A stretch of DNA of 64,000 nucleotides from Candidatus Aminicenantes bacterium (GTDB taxonomy: Bacteria; Acidobacteriota; Aminicenantia; Aminicenantales; Saccharicenantaceae): positions 25,765-89,764 of the forward strand of contig CAVULT010000004.1 in NCBI GenBank assembly GCA_963742235.1, read 5' to 3'. Under the pieces are notes generated by a model, which made no database searches, was not told the origin of the DNA, and saw only the letters and a program-made list of their open reading frames with translations. Positions within the stretch are counted from its first letter, which is position 1; every line of letters begins with the position of its first letter. Below are positions 1-10,222 of this stretch, one piece after another. The position numbers and the translations under genes are program-made.

Positions 1-1
1 G

Positions 2-595
2 GCCTTCGGGTCCCTGACCTGGAACCGGGCGACGGGCACGGCGAACGCGGCCTCGCCCTGGAGCGCAGGGAATTCCCCCGTCCTTCTGACGCCGAACTCG
101 CTCATGAACCTGTCCTCCACGGACCGCCTCCTTCAGGACCGCCCGCTCGTCGCGCGGCTGGCCGGGACGGTCCATTTCGGCTGGGGGATCTACGCCAGCG
201 TCCTGATCAAGGCGCAGAGCGGCTCCCCGTGGGCCCGAACGGTCACGATCATCCCGCCGGCTGACTGGGCCGCGGCCAACGGCGTCCAGATGACCCCCAT
301 CAAGGTCTATCTGGAGAGCCCGGGATCGAGGCGGTTCGGCTCGTGGAAGACCCTCGACTTCCGGCTGGAGAAGGAATTCGTCCGGGCCGGGCGCAGCCTC
401 GTCGGGGTGTCGGTCGACGTCTACAACCTGCTCGGGAACACGTACAGGACGCTCGACCTCAACGACGGCGGGACCTGGGCCCCCGACGGCGAGGGCGGCA
501 GCACGGGCACGCGCGTCCTCAGCGGCACCTACGGAACATTCACGCCCCTCCTGGGAACGCGGGTGGTCCGGCTCAACCTGAGCTTAAAATTTTAG
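2..595 (+). CDS. C-terminal part of an outer-membrane beta-barrel protein (TonB-dependent-receptor-like); 5' end lies outside the window
   Basis: The frame is open from nt 2, with no stop before the listed Met at 104. The sequence is Gly/Thr/Tyr-rich and ends ...VVRLNLSLKF, with the terminal Phe typical of OMP barrels. Confidence 0.5.
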   Translation, partial: AFGSLTWNRATGTANAASPWSAGNSPVLLTPNSLMNLSSTDRLLQDRPLVARLAGTVHFGWGIYASVLIKAQSGSPWARTVTIIPPADWAAANGVQMTPIKVYLESPGSRRFGSWKTLDFRLEKEFVRAGRSLVGVSVDVYNLLGNTYRTLDLNDGGTWAPDGEGGSTGTRVLSGTYGTFTPLLGTRVVRLNLSLKF

Positions 596-1573
596 CTGGA
601 ACGTCACCGCCTTCTTGAGCTCCTCGCCCTCGGTCGTGCTCTTGACCGAGACGTCCATCCGCAGCTTCCGGTTTTTCAGCCGGTCGAGGTCCTTGTCGAT
701 GAGGAGAGGGAATTCCATGCGGAACCGGCCCTTCCGGTTCTCGACAAGGTCTTTCTCCGCGAGGGACAGGGGAAAGGTGCCCTGGGCCTCCCAGGCGGTC
801 GTCCCGGACTCGTCCGAGATCTCGAGATGCACTTCGAAGGCCGTCTCGAGCCGGCCGTCCTTGAAGTTGAACCAGATCGTGTCGTAGGGGACATCGACGA
901 AAACCTTGCCTTCGTAGACGCCGTCCTCGGCCCGGGTTTTCTGCATCGAGACCAGGTAATCGAAGAGCTTCTTTTCCGGGTTGAAAGTTTTCTGGAAATA
1001 CCCCTGGGCGATGTTGAGCTCCTGGAGATGCTCCAGATTGATGGCCGTCATGACGAAATAGCCCGAGCAGTGCTCGTCGATGAAAACGACCGGGAAGGAG
1101 CCATAATACCAGATCTCCCGGCAGAAGCCGGAGGCGTCCATGGGATAGGTCAGGCGCTCCGAGGGCGGGCCGAACAGGATGAAGATCCGTCCGCGGTCGG
1201 TCTGCCAGCCCGGACGTCCCTCGCCGTGAAACATGGTCGTGGCCTTGGCCACCCGGTCCTCGTACTCGATCTTGAACTCGTTCCGCTCGGTATCCGGCGT
1301 GGGGTCGCGCCGCTTCCAGAATTGGGCGATGAAATCGTCTCTGGCGCTGTCGGGAAGCTCGAGGAAGATTTTCCGCTCCTCCTTGTTGATGATGTAGTCG
1401 ACCTTGGCCAGGAAATCGGCCTGGGCCGGCGGAAGCTTGCGGGTGACGTTATAGGACCGGCAGGCGGAGAGCGCGGCCAGCGCGGCGACCAGCAGGACCG
1501 GGCCCGCCATGCCGAGGACCGCTCCCAGGGAGGGTTCCCGATGGTCAATGTTCATCATGGGCTCCTGCGTCAT
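584..1573 (-). CDS. GWxTD domain-containing lipoprotein
   Basis: Contains the GWQTDRGRIFILFGPP motif (GWxTD). The N-terminus has a signal peptide ending ...LAALSAC (lipobox-like). The start is chosen at MTQEPMMNIDH; alternatives are 1558 and 1612. Confidence 0.7.
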   Translation of the reverse strand: MTQEPMMNIDHREPSLGAVLGMAGPVLLVAALAALSACRSYNVTRKLPPAQADFLAKVDYIINKEERKIFLELPDSARDDFIAQFWKRRDPTPDTERNEFKIEYEDRVAKATTMFHGEGRPGWQTDRGRIFILFGPPSERLTYPMDASGFCREIWYYGSFPVVFIDEHCSGYFVMTAINLEHLQELNIAQGYFQKTFNPEKKLFDYLVSMQKTRAEDGVYEGKVFVDVPYDTIWFNFKDGRLETAFEVHLEISDESGTTAWEAQGTFPLSLAEKDLVENRKGRFRMEFPLLIDKDLDRLKNRKLRMDVSVKSTTEGEELKKAVTFQLKF

Positions 1574-1620
1574 TTCGCTCTCTAAGGTAGTCCTCGGGCA
1601 GTGAATTATCAAGCCGGGTC

Positions 1621-2958
1621 TCAGGCCGGGGCGCGCAGGAGAGCTTCGAGCTCGCCCGGCGGAAGGCCGCTCTTGAGGTAGGCGAAGGCGGTCTTGTTAT
1701 GCAGGAGCGGGTCGGCCTCGTCGTCCAGGGTGCCCGCGCGGACAAGGGCGGCCCATTCCGCGGTGCCCGGGATGGGCGAAAAATGAGCGACGCGCGGCAC
1801 GGCGCCGAGGCCGCGGACAAAGCGGATGCTCTCGGCGACGCCGGCCGTCGACTGGCCCGGGAGGCCGGTGATGAGATAGACGCCGATGGCGCTCCTCTCG
1901 TAGCCCGCGGCTTCGAGCTCGCGCAAAGCCTTCTCGAGATCGGCCGGGGAGGCCTTCGGGCCACGCTCGCTCATGAGGTCGGCATCGGTCGATTCCATGC
2001 TGAGGTAGAGAGACCTCAGGCCGGCGGCGCGCATGAGCCGGGCCGTCGCGGCGTCGATCTCCCGCAGATGCAGGCCGTTGGGCGTGTGAAACGCCAATGG
2101 CGGGCCGGCGGCGGCCAGGCCTTCGAAGAGGGGCCAGGCATGCTCCCGCTTGCCCCAAAGAAGGGCATCGTCATAGAACGCGAAGTGACGCGTTCCGAAA
2201 CGGACGTGGCTGTCCCTGATCTCGGCCAGGACGGCGGCGGGGGGCCTCTGCCGGAATCCCGGCGAGAGCAGATGGCCGGCGCAGTAGGTGCATCTCAGCG
2301 GGCAGCCCCGGGAGGTCAGGACCGGGAGCCACCTCCGGTCGCGGAGGAGATCGAATGCGGGAGGTGGCGGGAAGTCGGCGGCGGACGGATCCGGGACGTC
2401 CGCCAAGGGGCCGCCGAGGACCTCAGCCAGAGCCGGGAGGAGCCCTTCTTCGGCCGGGCCGGGAACGACGAGGTCGGCCCCCGACTCGGCCCTGGCGTGG
2501 CCGGGGCAGAGGGTCGCGTAGATCCCGCCCAGGACGATGGGGACAGGGCCGAACTTGCGGCGGACGAGGTCGACGGCGGCCTGGACCCCCGGATACCAGT
2601 AGGTCATGCCCGAGGTCACCAGGACGGCGTCCGGACGGGGCGCCCGGGCAAGCTCCTCCTCGAACAGGGCGGTGGGCAGGCCGTAGCGCGAAAAACGGCG
2701 GGGCACCCCGCGGACGACTTCGGGCTTGGGGATGTGCTCTTTGGGGAACGGGCCGCGGCCGTCGGGCTTGCCCGCGGGATGATCCGCCAGGCCCGGGTGG
2801 AAGCGGTCCAGGCAATCGACGAATGACACGCGGTGGGGGGTGCCGCGGCGGATGAGCGCGGCCGCGTAGAGAAGCCCCAGGGGCTTCATCCAGAAATCAT
2901 AGGCGGCGAAGTCGCAGATCCAAGGGTTGATGAGGAGGATGTTCTTGGCCTGACCCAT
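1621..2958 (-). CDS. B12-binding-domain radical SAM protein
   Basis: Has CPLRCTYC (CX3CX2C) after LTSRG, preceded by an N-terminal Rossmann-like region (ILLINPW...). Start is at MGQAKN (cat at 2956-2958). The longer ORF would run into the tRNA. Confidence 0.8.
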   Translation of the reverse strand: MGQAKNILLINPWICDFAAYDFWMKPLGLLYAAALIRRGTPHRVSFVDCLDRFHPGLADHPAGKPDGRGPFPKEHIPKPEVVRGVPRRFSRYGLPTALFEEELARAPRPDAVLVTSGMTYWYPGVQAAVDLVRRKFGPVPIVLGGIYATLCPGHARAESGADLVVPGPAEEGLLPALAEVLGGPLADVPDPSAADFPPPPAFDLLRDRRWLPVLTSRGCPLRCTYCAGHLLSPGFRQRPPAAVLAEIRDSHVRFGTRHFAFYDDALLWGKREHAWPLFEGLAAAGPPLAFHTPNGLHLREIDAATARLMRAAGLRSLYLSMESTDADLMSERGPKASPADLEKALRELEAAGYERSAIGVYLITGLPGQSTAGVAESIRFVRGLGAVPRVAHFSPIPGTAEWAALVRAGTLDDEADPLLHNKTAFAYLKSGLPPGELEALLRAPA

Positions 2959-2987
2959 GTGCGTCGCCGGAGACGGGAGAAAGACGG

Positions 2988-3074
2988 TGGTGCGGAAGGG
3001 GGGACTCGAACCCCCATAGCCTTGCGGCCACAAGCTCCTGAGGCTTGCGCGTCTGCCAATTCCGCCACTTCCGC
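2988..3074 (-). tRNA. tRNA-Leu (anticodon CAG), class II with long variable arm, CCA encoded
   Basis: The reverse complement reads GCGGAAG...CAAGC-CTCAGGA-GCTTG...GGTTCGAGTCCCCCCTTCCGCACCA. The acceptor stem GCGGAAG/CTTCCGC, the T-loop GGTTCGAGTCC and the anticodon loop CT-CAG-GA were all folded by eye. Confidence 0.9.
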
Positions 3075-3353
3075 ACTCAGGGAGCCGTTATTATAGCGAT
3101 TTTCGCGTCCGGCGCAAATACGAAAGAAGTAGAAGCAACCGCTAAAAATCAAGCCGAGGGATATCGTCGGAGTGCGCATAAGCGGTGATTTAGGCGGCCG
3201 GGAGCCGGATGAGGGCAGTTTCAGTGGAAACCGCCAAAACGTGTTTGAGCGAGGCGTAGCGCACGCCGAGCGAGTTGTTTTGGCGCCGAATCCGGAGAAC
3301 TGGCCGGCATGAAAAATCACCGCAGCGAACGGAGACGATATCCCGAGGCCAAC

Positions 3354-3382
3354 TTGACAAAGAGCGGTGCGGTCCGTATTCT
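3354..3382 (+). promoter_or_regulatory. Candidate sigma70-type promoter for the eRF1-like gene
   Basis: TTGACA (3354-3359), 17 nt spacer, TATTCT (3377-3382). It lies about 75 nt upstream of the ATG at 3458. Confidence 0.3.
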
Positions 3383-3457
3383 GGAGTTGTTGATGATCCC
3401 CGCCGCTTCTGCCCATGGTCGGATCCGTCCCCCCTTAATAATTTCCAAGGAGGATGC

Positions 3458-4603
3458 ATGAAATTCCAAGACCGCTCCCAGATCGAGGCGCTGGCCAAGT
3501 TCAAGAGCCAGGGAGATCTCGTGACCTCGTTCTACCTGGACACGGACAAGGGCCGGATGAGCCGGAAGGAGATCCATCTGGCCCTGAAGAACCTCCTCAA
3601 CGAGGCTAAAACCCGGGCCTCTGAGCTCTCCGCCGCCAAGGACAAGACCGAATCGCTCCTTCGGGACCTGGACCTCATCGCCGACTACGGCAGCCAGGCC
3701 TTGGGGACCTCGAACGCCGCCGGGCTGGCCATCTTTTCCGCGAGCCAGAAAAAATTCTGGGAGCCCCTGGAGCTGCCGCACGGCCCCCGCAGCCGGGTCA
3801 TCTTCGACGCGAACTTCTACGTCCGCCCCCTGGCCTCGATCCTGGACAAGTACAGCCACATCTGCGCCCTCCTCATCAACCGCCGCGAGGCCGTCTGGTA
3901 CGACGTGACCATGGGGGAGATCAAGTTCCTCGACAAGCTCCTGAGCGACGTCCCGAGCCGGGTCCGCGAGGGCGGCTTCGAGGGGACTTCGGAGAAGCGG
4001 ATCGAGCGGCATATCGACGCTCATCTCCAGGAACACTACAAGAAGACGGCCCAGAAGACCTTCGAGCTCAGCAAGAAGCACCCCTTCGACTGGCTCTTCA
4101 TCAGCTGCGAGGAGAACCACAGCGGCGATTTCGAGGCCCACCTGCACAGCTACCTCTGCGACAAGGTCAAGGCCCGGCTGCACTCGCGCGTGACCGATCC
4201 CCCGGCCAAGGTCCTCCAGGAAGTCCTCGAAGCGGAGACCCGGCTGAAAAAGGCCGAGGAGGAGGAGGTCGTCCAGAAGCTCATCACCGAGCTCGAGCGC
4301 GGCGGCCTGGCGACCTCGGGACTGCGCGACACGATCCATCGCCTGAACCAGTTCGAGGTCCAGACGCTCGTCGTCACCCACAATTTCGCCCGGCCGGGAC
4401 GGATCTGCCCCAATCACAAGTTCCTCTACCTCGATGATCTCAAGTGCCCGATCGACGACAAAAAGACCGACATCGTCCAGGACATCATCGACGAGGCCAT
4501 CGAGACGGTCCTCAAGCGGGGCGGGACGGTCCGGCAGGTCGAGCCGCCGTCGAAGCTCGACCGCTACGGCGGGATCGGCGCCTTCCTGAAGTACAAAGCC
4601 TGA
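3458..4603 (+). CDS. Archaeo-eukaryotic release factor (eRF1)-like family protein (bacterial aeRF1-like)
   Basis: Start MKFQDRSQIE is preceded by AAGGAGGA. Three-domain-like layout: VTSFYLDTD..., FDANFYVRPL, and VREGGFEGTSEKRIERH where eRF1 carries GGQ. The C-terminus has ICPNH...LKCP. The family was recognised by eye only. Confidence 0.5.
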   Translation: MKFQDRSQIEALAKFKSQGDLVTSFYLDTDKGRMSRKEIHLALKNLLNEAKTRASELSAAKDKTESLLRDLDLIADYGSQALGTSNAAGLAIFSASQKKFWEPLELPHGPRSRVIFDANFYVRPLASILDKYSHICALLINRREAVWYDVTMGEIKFLDKLLSDVPSRVREGGFEGTSEKRIERHIDAHLQEHYKKTAQKTFELSKKHPFDWLFISCEENHSGDFEAHLHSYLCDKVKARLHSRVTDPPAKVLQEVLEAETRLKKAEEEEVVQKLITELERGGLATSGLRDTIHRLNQFEVQTLVVTHNFARPGRICPNHKFLYLDDLKCPIDDKKTDIVQDIIDEAIETVLKRGGTVRQVEPPSKLDRYGGIGAFLKYKA

Positions 4604-4623
4604 AAAGAAAAACGACGGATCTC

Positions 4624-7600
4624 TCAAGACGCCGTGGGCGTCTTTTCCTTGAAATGGATTCTGTTGAATATACTGTAAATAACCGGGATGACGAAGAGCG
4701 TCAGGAAGGTCGTCGTCGTCAGGCCGAAGGCGATGGCCACGCCCATCGGGGCCCGGAACTCGGAGCCCGACGATCGCGAAAAGGCCATAGGCAGCGTGCC
4801 CAGAACGGTCGTCAGGGCGGTCAGCAGGACGGCCCGGAGACGGGTCGTCGATCCCAGCAGAATGGCCTCCCGCTTGTCGACTCCGCGCTTGATGAGCTGG
4901 TTGATGTAGTCGATCATGACGATGCCGTTGTTGACGGCGATCCCCGCGAGGAGGATGACCCCGATCAGCACCGGCAGGTTCAGCGGCCTCCCCGTGACCA
5001 GAAGGCCCAGGACGACGCCGATGATCCCCAGCGGGACGGTGAACATGATGATGAACGGATGGACGAAGTGCTCGAACTGGGAGGCCATGACCATGTAGAC
5101 AAGGAGGATGGCCAGGGCGAAGGCGCCGGCCAGAATGAGGAAGGCGTCCTGCATCTGCTCGAAGGCCCCCCCGTATTCGAGGAAATAGCCCGGCGGCAGG
5201 CTCCTTTCGAATCCGGCCAGCCGGGTCTTGATGTCCTTGACGACGCCGCCGAGGTCGCGGCCGACGATGTTGGCGGTGATGGAGACGCGGCGGGCCTGGT
5301 TCTCGCGGTTGATCATGATGGGGCCCTCGCCGGTCGAGATGCTGGCCACCTGCTCGAGATAGATCGTCTGGCCGGCGGCTGTCCGGAGCGGGATGCTGCG
5401 GACCTCGTCCAGGCTGTCGCGGTACTTCTCCTTGAACCGGAGCCGGATATCGATCTCGTCGCTGCCCTCGCGGTAGCGTGAGGCCACCTTGCCCAAGGTG
5501 GCCGTCTGAACGGTGTTGGCCACCTGATAGACCGAGAGCCCGAGCCGGTAGGCCTTCTCCCGGTCGATACGGATCTGGACCTCGGGCTTTCCGGCGGCCA
5601 ACGTATGGGTCAAGTCGCGGACGCCCTCGACGTCCGAGATGAGCTGGATGATCTGGTCGGCCTGGCTCTTGAGCGCGGGCAGATCCGTACCGAAGAGCTT
5701 GATCTCGACGGGGGCCGATGAGCCGCCCATCAGCATCTGGCTCATATCGATGGATTCGAACTTGACCCCTTGGAGGTTCGGCAGCTTGCGCCGGATCTGC
5801 TCCAGGATCTGGGTGTCGGAGTATTTTCGCTTATCGCGTTTGACCAGGCCGACCCAGAGGAGCCCCTCATGGGTGCCGGCATTGGAGAACGTCGAGGCGG
5901 CATCGCTCGCGTCCTGCTCGGCCTGGGAGCCGATCTGGGCCGAGATCATGGTGATCTCGGGCATGGCCGACATGATATCCTCGACCATGGTCACGACCCG
6001 GTTCGTTTCGTCCAGGGCCGTGCCGACGGGCATCCGGACCTTCAGCATGATCATATCCCGGTCCTGCGCGGGCATGAACTCGGTGCCGAGGAAGGGGACG
6101 ATGGCCAGCGAAACGACCAGGGCCAGGAGCGCTCCGCCGAGGACCCAGCGCCGGTGGTGGAGGGCCTTGTCGAGCCACTTGCGGTAGAGCGCCTTGGCCT
6201 TGGCGAACTGGCGCTCCTCGGGGGCCTTGGCGATCGACTTGAGGCTCTTCTTCGAGCGGAAGAGGAGGGACGTGGCCAAGGGGACGATGGTCAGGGCGAC
6301 GAAGAGCGAGGCGATGAGCGAAAAGGCGATGGACAGGCCCAGGGCCTGGGTCATCTTGCCGGTGATGCCCGAGGCGAAGATCATGGGAAAGAAGACGGCG
6401 ATCGTCGTCAGCGTCGAGGCCGTGATGGCCATGCCGACCTCGCTCGCCCCGGCGATGGAGGCCGCGTCGGCCGCCTCGCCTTCCTCGAGGTGGCGGTAGA
6501 CGTTCTCGATGACGACGATGGCGTTATCGACAAGCATGCCGATGCCCAAGGCCAGGCCGCCGAGGGTCAGGAGGTTCAGGGTGTAGCCCGCGGCGTAGAG
6601 TGCTATGAAGGTGGCGATGATGGACAGGGGGATGGCCAGGCTGATGACGAACGTCGGGCGCCAGTTGCGCAGGAAGAGGAAGATCAGGAAGATGGCCAGG
6701 AGGCCGCCGACCCAAGCGTTCTGGATCGTGTTCGTCGTGACCTGCTCGATCATGTCGCCCTGGTCCATGGCGACATGGAAGGCGGGGTTGCCGGGGATCG
6801 TCCCGCGCAGCCCCTCGATCGCCTTCTTGACGGCCGCGCTAGCGATCTGGGTATTGGCGCCGGACCGCTTGCTGACGATCAGATAGACGCCGTTCTGCCG
6901 CTGGATCCGGGCGACGTAACGCATCTCCTTGAGCGTGTCTTTGACCTCGGCGATGTCGCCGACATAAACGGGCTCGCCGCCGGGGCTCATGCCGACGACC
7001 GTCCGGCGGATGTCATCGAGATTCCTGAACTCGCCCATCGTCCGGACAAGGATATCGGAGTAGCGCTCGACGATATTCCCGGCCGGCAGGTTGAGATTCT
7101 CGGTCCGGATGGCCATCATGACCTGGTCGAGGGTCAGGCCGCGGCTCTCGAGCGCGGCCTTGTCGACGTCGACCAGGATCTCGCGCTCGTCCATGGAGAA
7201 GACGCGGGCCGAGGCGACGCCGTCGATCCGCTCGAGACGGGGCGCGATCTCGTCCTCCATGATCGTCTTGAGCTTCATGGGCGGGATATCGCTCGTGATG
7301 CCGTAGAAGATGACCGGGAACTGGCTGAAGCTGAACTTGACGACAAGCGGATCCGCGGCCTCTTCGGGCAGGAATTGCTTGGAGAGGCCGATCTGGTCGC
7401 GGACGTCCTGGGCGGCGAAGTCGAGGTTCGTCCCCCACTCGAACTCGATGCTGATGACGGAGACGCCCTCGGAGGTCTGGGAGGTGACCTTCTTGACCCG
7501 GTTGACCGCGCTGACGACCTGCTCGAGGGGCCGGGTCAGGACGTTCTCGATATCGACGGACGAGGCCCCCGGATAGGAGGTGATGACGGAGACGGTCGGG

Positions 7601-7725
7601 AACTCGAGGTCGGGGAAGAAATCGAGACCCAGCCGGGTGAACGAAATGGCGCCCAGGACGACGAGGATCATCGCCATCATGGACGTCGTGACTTTTTTCT
7701 TGACCGAGAATTCGGGGAGCTTCAC
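4624..7725 (-). CDS. Efflux RND transporter permease subunit (AcrB/CzcA superfamily)
   Basis: About 1033 aa with 12-TM RND architecture (VKLPEFSVKKKVTTSMMAMILVVLG...FFPDLEFPTV...). The GTG start at 7725 overlaps the adaptor stop (GTGA). The 1437-aa ORF in the track is upstream read-through. Confidence 0.9.
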   Translation of the reverse strand: MKLPEFSVKKKVTTSMMAMILVVLGAISFTRLGLDFFPDLEFPTVSVITSYPGASSVDIENVLTRPLEQVVSAVNRVKKVTSQTSEGVSVISIEFEWGTNLDFAAQDVRDQIGLSKQFLPEEAADPLVVKFSFSQFPVIFYGITSDIPPMKLKTIMEDEIAPRLERIDGVASARVFSMDEREILVDVDKAALESRGLTLDQVMMAIRTENLNLPAGNIVERYSDILVRTMGEFRNLDDIRRTVVGMSPGGEPVYVGDIAEVKDTLKEMRYVARIQRQNGVYLIVSKRSGANTQIASAAVKKAIEGLRGTIPGNPAFHVAMDQGDMIEQVTTNTIQNAWVGGLLAIFLIFLFLRNWRPTFVISLAIPLSIIATFIALYAAGYTLNLLTLGGLALGIGMLVDNAIVVIENVYRHLEEGEAADAASIAGASEVGMAITASTLTTIAVFFPMIFASGITGKMTQALGLSIAFSLIASLFVALTIVPLATSLLFRSKKSLKSIAKAPEERQFAKAKALYRKWLDKALHHRRWVLGGALLALVVSLAIVPFLGTEFMPAQDRDMIMLKVRMPVGTALDETNRVVTMVEDIMSAMPEITMISAQIGSQAEQDASDAASTFSNAGTHEGLLWVGLVKRDKRKYSDTQILEQIRRKLPNLQGVKFESIDMSQMLMGGSSAPVEIKLFGTDLPALKSQADQIIQLISDVEGVRDLTHTLAAGKPEVQIRIDREKAYRLGLSVYQVANTVQTATLGKVASRYREGSDEIDIRLRFKEKYRDSLDEVRSIPLRTAAGQTIYLEQVASISTGEGPIMINRENQARRVSITANIVGRDLGGVVKDIKTRLAGFERSLPPGYFLEYGGAFEQMQDAFLILAGAFALAILLVYMVMASQFEHFVHPFIIMFTVPLGIIGVVLGLLVTGRPLNLPVLIGVILLAGIAVNNGIVMIDYINQLIKRGVDKREAILLGSTTRLRAVLLTALTTVLGTLPMAFSRSSGSEFRAPMGVAIAFGLTTTTFLTLFVIPVIYSIFNRIHFKEKTPTAS

Positions 7726-8858
7726 TGTTTCACCTCTTCGAGGACCTGGACGGCCGCCCCTTCCTCGAGCCCGTAGTTGCCTTCGACGACGACCGGGACG
7801 CCCTCGGCCAGGCCGTCGAGGATCTCGACCATGGTCGTGTTCTGAAGCCCCAGGGTGACGGCCTTCTTGACGGCCTTGCCGTTTTCGACGACGAAGACGT
7901 AGCTGTTTTCGAGGATGGCTTTCTGGGGGACGACGAGAGCGTTCTCGTGGGACTGGACCTCGAAGACGACGTCGCCGAACGTCCCCGGCCGCAGCGCGGC
8001 GTCGGGATTCTCGAAGACGGCCTCGACGCCGAACTTCTTGTTCTGCGGGTCGGCGGTCAGGTTGACGACATGGACGGTGCCGCGGAAATCGCGGCCGGGG
8101 AAGGCGCCGACGCGGAGGAGGGCGTCCTGGCCCTTCCGGAGGAGGGCGATATCCTCGGAGGAGACGGCCACGTCGATCTTGACCCGGGAGTAGTCCATCA
8201 GGGTCAGGACGCCGCCGGCCCCGCCGCCGAAACCGCTCATCATGGGATTGATGACGTCCCCGACCTCGGCGTTCTTGGAGGCGATGACGCCGGCGAAGGG
8301 CGCCTTCATGAGGGAGACGTCCAGGGCGTGCCGGGCCAGGTTGAGGCCCGCCCGCGCCTGCTCGAGCTGGGCGGCGGCCGCGTCGTACGCGAGCTGGATC
8401 TTTTCGACCTGCATCGCCGAGACCGCGTTTTCCTTGATCAGGCGGTCCATGCGGTCCTTGTTGCGAAGGGCGTCGGCGAAGCTCGCTTCGGCGACGGCCA
8501 CACCGGCCTCGGCCTGTCGGAGCTGGAGGCGGATGGACTCGGTCTCGAGCTCGGCCAGGAGCTGGCCCTGGGCCACGCGGTCCCCTTCCTGGACATGGAT
8601 GCGGGCGATCTTGCCGCCCACTTCGGGGGTGATGTTGATCGAGTTCCAGGCCTCGAGCGTGCCGGTATAGGTGATCTTCACGGTGATCTTTTCCCGCCGG
8701 ACCTTGAAAACCTTGACCGGCGCGGCCCCGAAGGTCTCGGCCGAGGCGCCGGCCTTCGCGGCCGGCTTCTTGCAGGACACGGCCACGACCGCGACGAGGA
8801 TTGCGGCGGCGAGAGCGATGACGATCCGGGATAGACGATGGCTGATGGGCTGTCTCAT
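7722..8858 (-). CDS. Efflux RND periplasmic adaptor (membrane fusion protein)
   Basis: Start MRQPISHRLS...VAVSCKK (lipobox) is preceded by GGAGGAAC. Coiled-coil hairpin plus beta-barrel pattern typical of the HlyD/AcrA family. Confidence 0.9.
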   Translation of the reverse strand: MRQPISHRLSRIVIALAAAILVAVVAVSCKKPAAKAGASAETFGAAPVKVFKVRREKITVKITYTGTLEAWNSINITPEVGGKIARIHVQEGDRVAQGQLLAELETESIRLQLRQAEAGVAVAEASFADALRNKDRMDRLIKENAVSAMQVEKIQLAYDAAAAQLEQARAGLNLARHALDVSLMKAPFAGVIASKNAEVGDVINPMMSGFGGGAGGVLTLMDYSRVKIDVAVSSEDIALLRKGQDALLRVGAFPGRDFRGTVHVVNLTADPQNKKFGVEAVFENPDAALRPGTFGDVVFEVQSHENALVVPQKAILENSYVFVVENGKAVKKAVTLGLQNTTMVEILDGLAEGVPVVVEGNYGLEEGAAVQVLEEVKQ

Positions 8859-8869
8859 GGGTTCCTCCG

Positions 8870-10221
8870 TTAGTTCGAGCGGCTCTCGGAACGGCTCCGG
8901 CCGACCGCCTTTTCGAGCTGGGCCTGCGAGATGACACAATCGTAGAGCGCCTGGGAATAGTTGGTCCGGGCCTGGCTCAGGGCGACCTGGGCCGTGGAGA
9001 CGTCCAGGTTGGTGGCCAGCCCTTCGCCGTAATTCAGCTCCGCGATCCGGACCGCCTCGCGGGCCTGTTCGACGTTCTTCTCCTGTGAAAGCAGGGTTTC
9101 GCGGGCCTGGTCGCGGTCGAGGACGGCCTGGCGCACCTCGAGCGCGATTGCGTCCGAGAGACCTTTGCGCGTCCATTCGAGCTGGCGGATCGCGGCCTTG
9201 GACTGGCCGATCTGGGCCCGGGCGGCGAAGCCGTCGAAGAGCGGCAGGCTGATCGACAGGTTGATGGCGTAATAGTTCTGCCATCTCCCCTTGCGGAAGC
9301 TCAGGGAGTCGGACCAGAGGTTGTAGGCGCCGCCGATGCCGACCGTCGGCAGCATGGAACCGCGGGCGATCTTGAGCATCTCGCCGGCGATGCGGCGCTG
9401 GTAGTCGAGCCGGCGGAGCTCCGGCCGCTCGGCCAGGGCCTCTTCGACAACGGCCTCGGAGACGGCGTCGAGGGGCGGCGCGGCGAGCTCCCCCTGACCT
9501 CGACGGGCGTCTCGAGGGAGATGCCCAGGACCGTCTTCAATCCGAGCGCGGCCACGTCGACGCTGTTCCGGGCCCGGATCGCCTGGGGCTTGAGATTGGC
9601 CACCTGGACCTCGGAACGCAGGAGGTCGAACTTCGAGGCCATGCCGACCTCATAGAGGTTCTTGACGTTGTCCCGGAATTTCTCGGCCAGCGTCAGGGCC
9701 TCGTCGGCGACCGCCGAGAATTCCCTGGCCAACAGGTAGCCGTAGAACGCGCTCTTGACGTTGAAGACCGTCTCCTGCTCGGACAGGCGGACCGATTCGC
9801 GGCTGGCCTGGAGATTGTAGTTGGCCTGCTTGTAGCCCGCGACCAGGCGGCCTCCGGCGAACAGGGGCAGGTTGAAGGCCAGGGCGGTCTGATAGTTCTT
9901 GGTGAAGTCGATGGAGATCCGCTGGGGCGGCTGGCCCGGGATGAGGGACGGGAACTCGAGGGTGAAGAGCTTTTCATCGAGGGTGTTGAGGCCCTGGGCG
10001 TCCAGGGTCGGCAGGAAGCTCGACACGGCCGAGCGGACCTGGAACTTGGCCTGCTGCTCCTGCTCCTGCGTGGCCAGAAAGAGCGGATTCTGGCGCAGGG
10101 CCATGGCGACGGCCTCGTCGAGCGTCAGGACGAGCGGCGTCGGGGACTCCTGGGCGGCGAACGACGCCAGGCCGAGGGCGGCGAGCATCACGATGATCAG
10201 CCATCCTGCTGTTCGTCTCAT
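8870..10221 (-). pseudogene. TolC-family outer membrane efflux protein, split by one frame change (possibly a sequencing artefact)
   Basis: ORFs 9301-10221 and 8870-9379 are the N- and C-halves of one TolC-like protein. Reading ...ETPVEVRG then ELAAPPLDAVSEAVVEEALAERPELRRLDYQRRIAGEMLKIARG needs one extra G in the C5 run at 9490-9494. Confidence 0.8.
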
Positions 10222-10222
10222 A

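Noticed and set aside
7726-8937. N-terminal 400-aa extension of the RND permease ORF (the 1437-aa ORF 4624-8937).
   Set aside because: The extension is Arg/Pro/Gly junk that overlaps the adaptor gene in another frame. The real start is the GTG at 7725, overlapping the adaptor stop.
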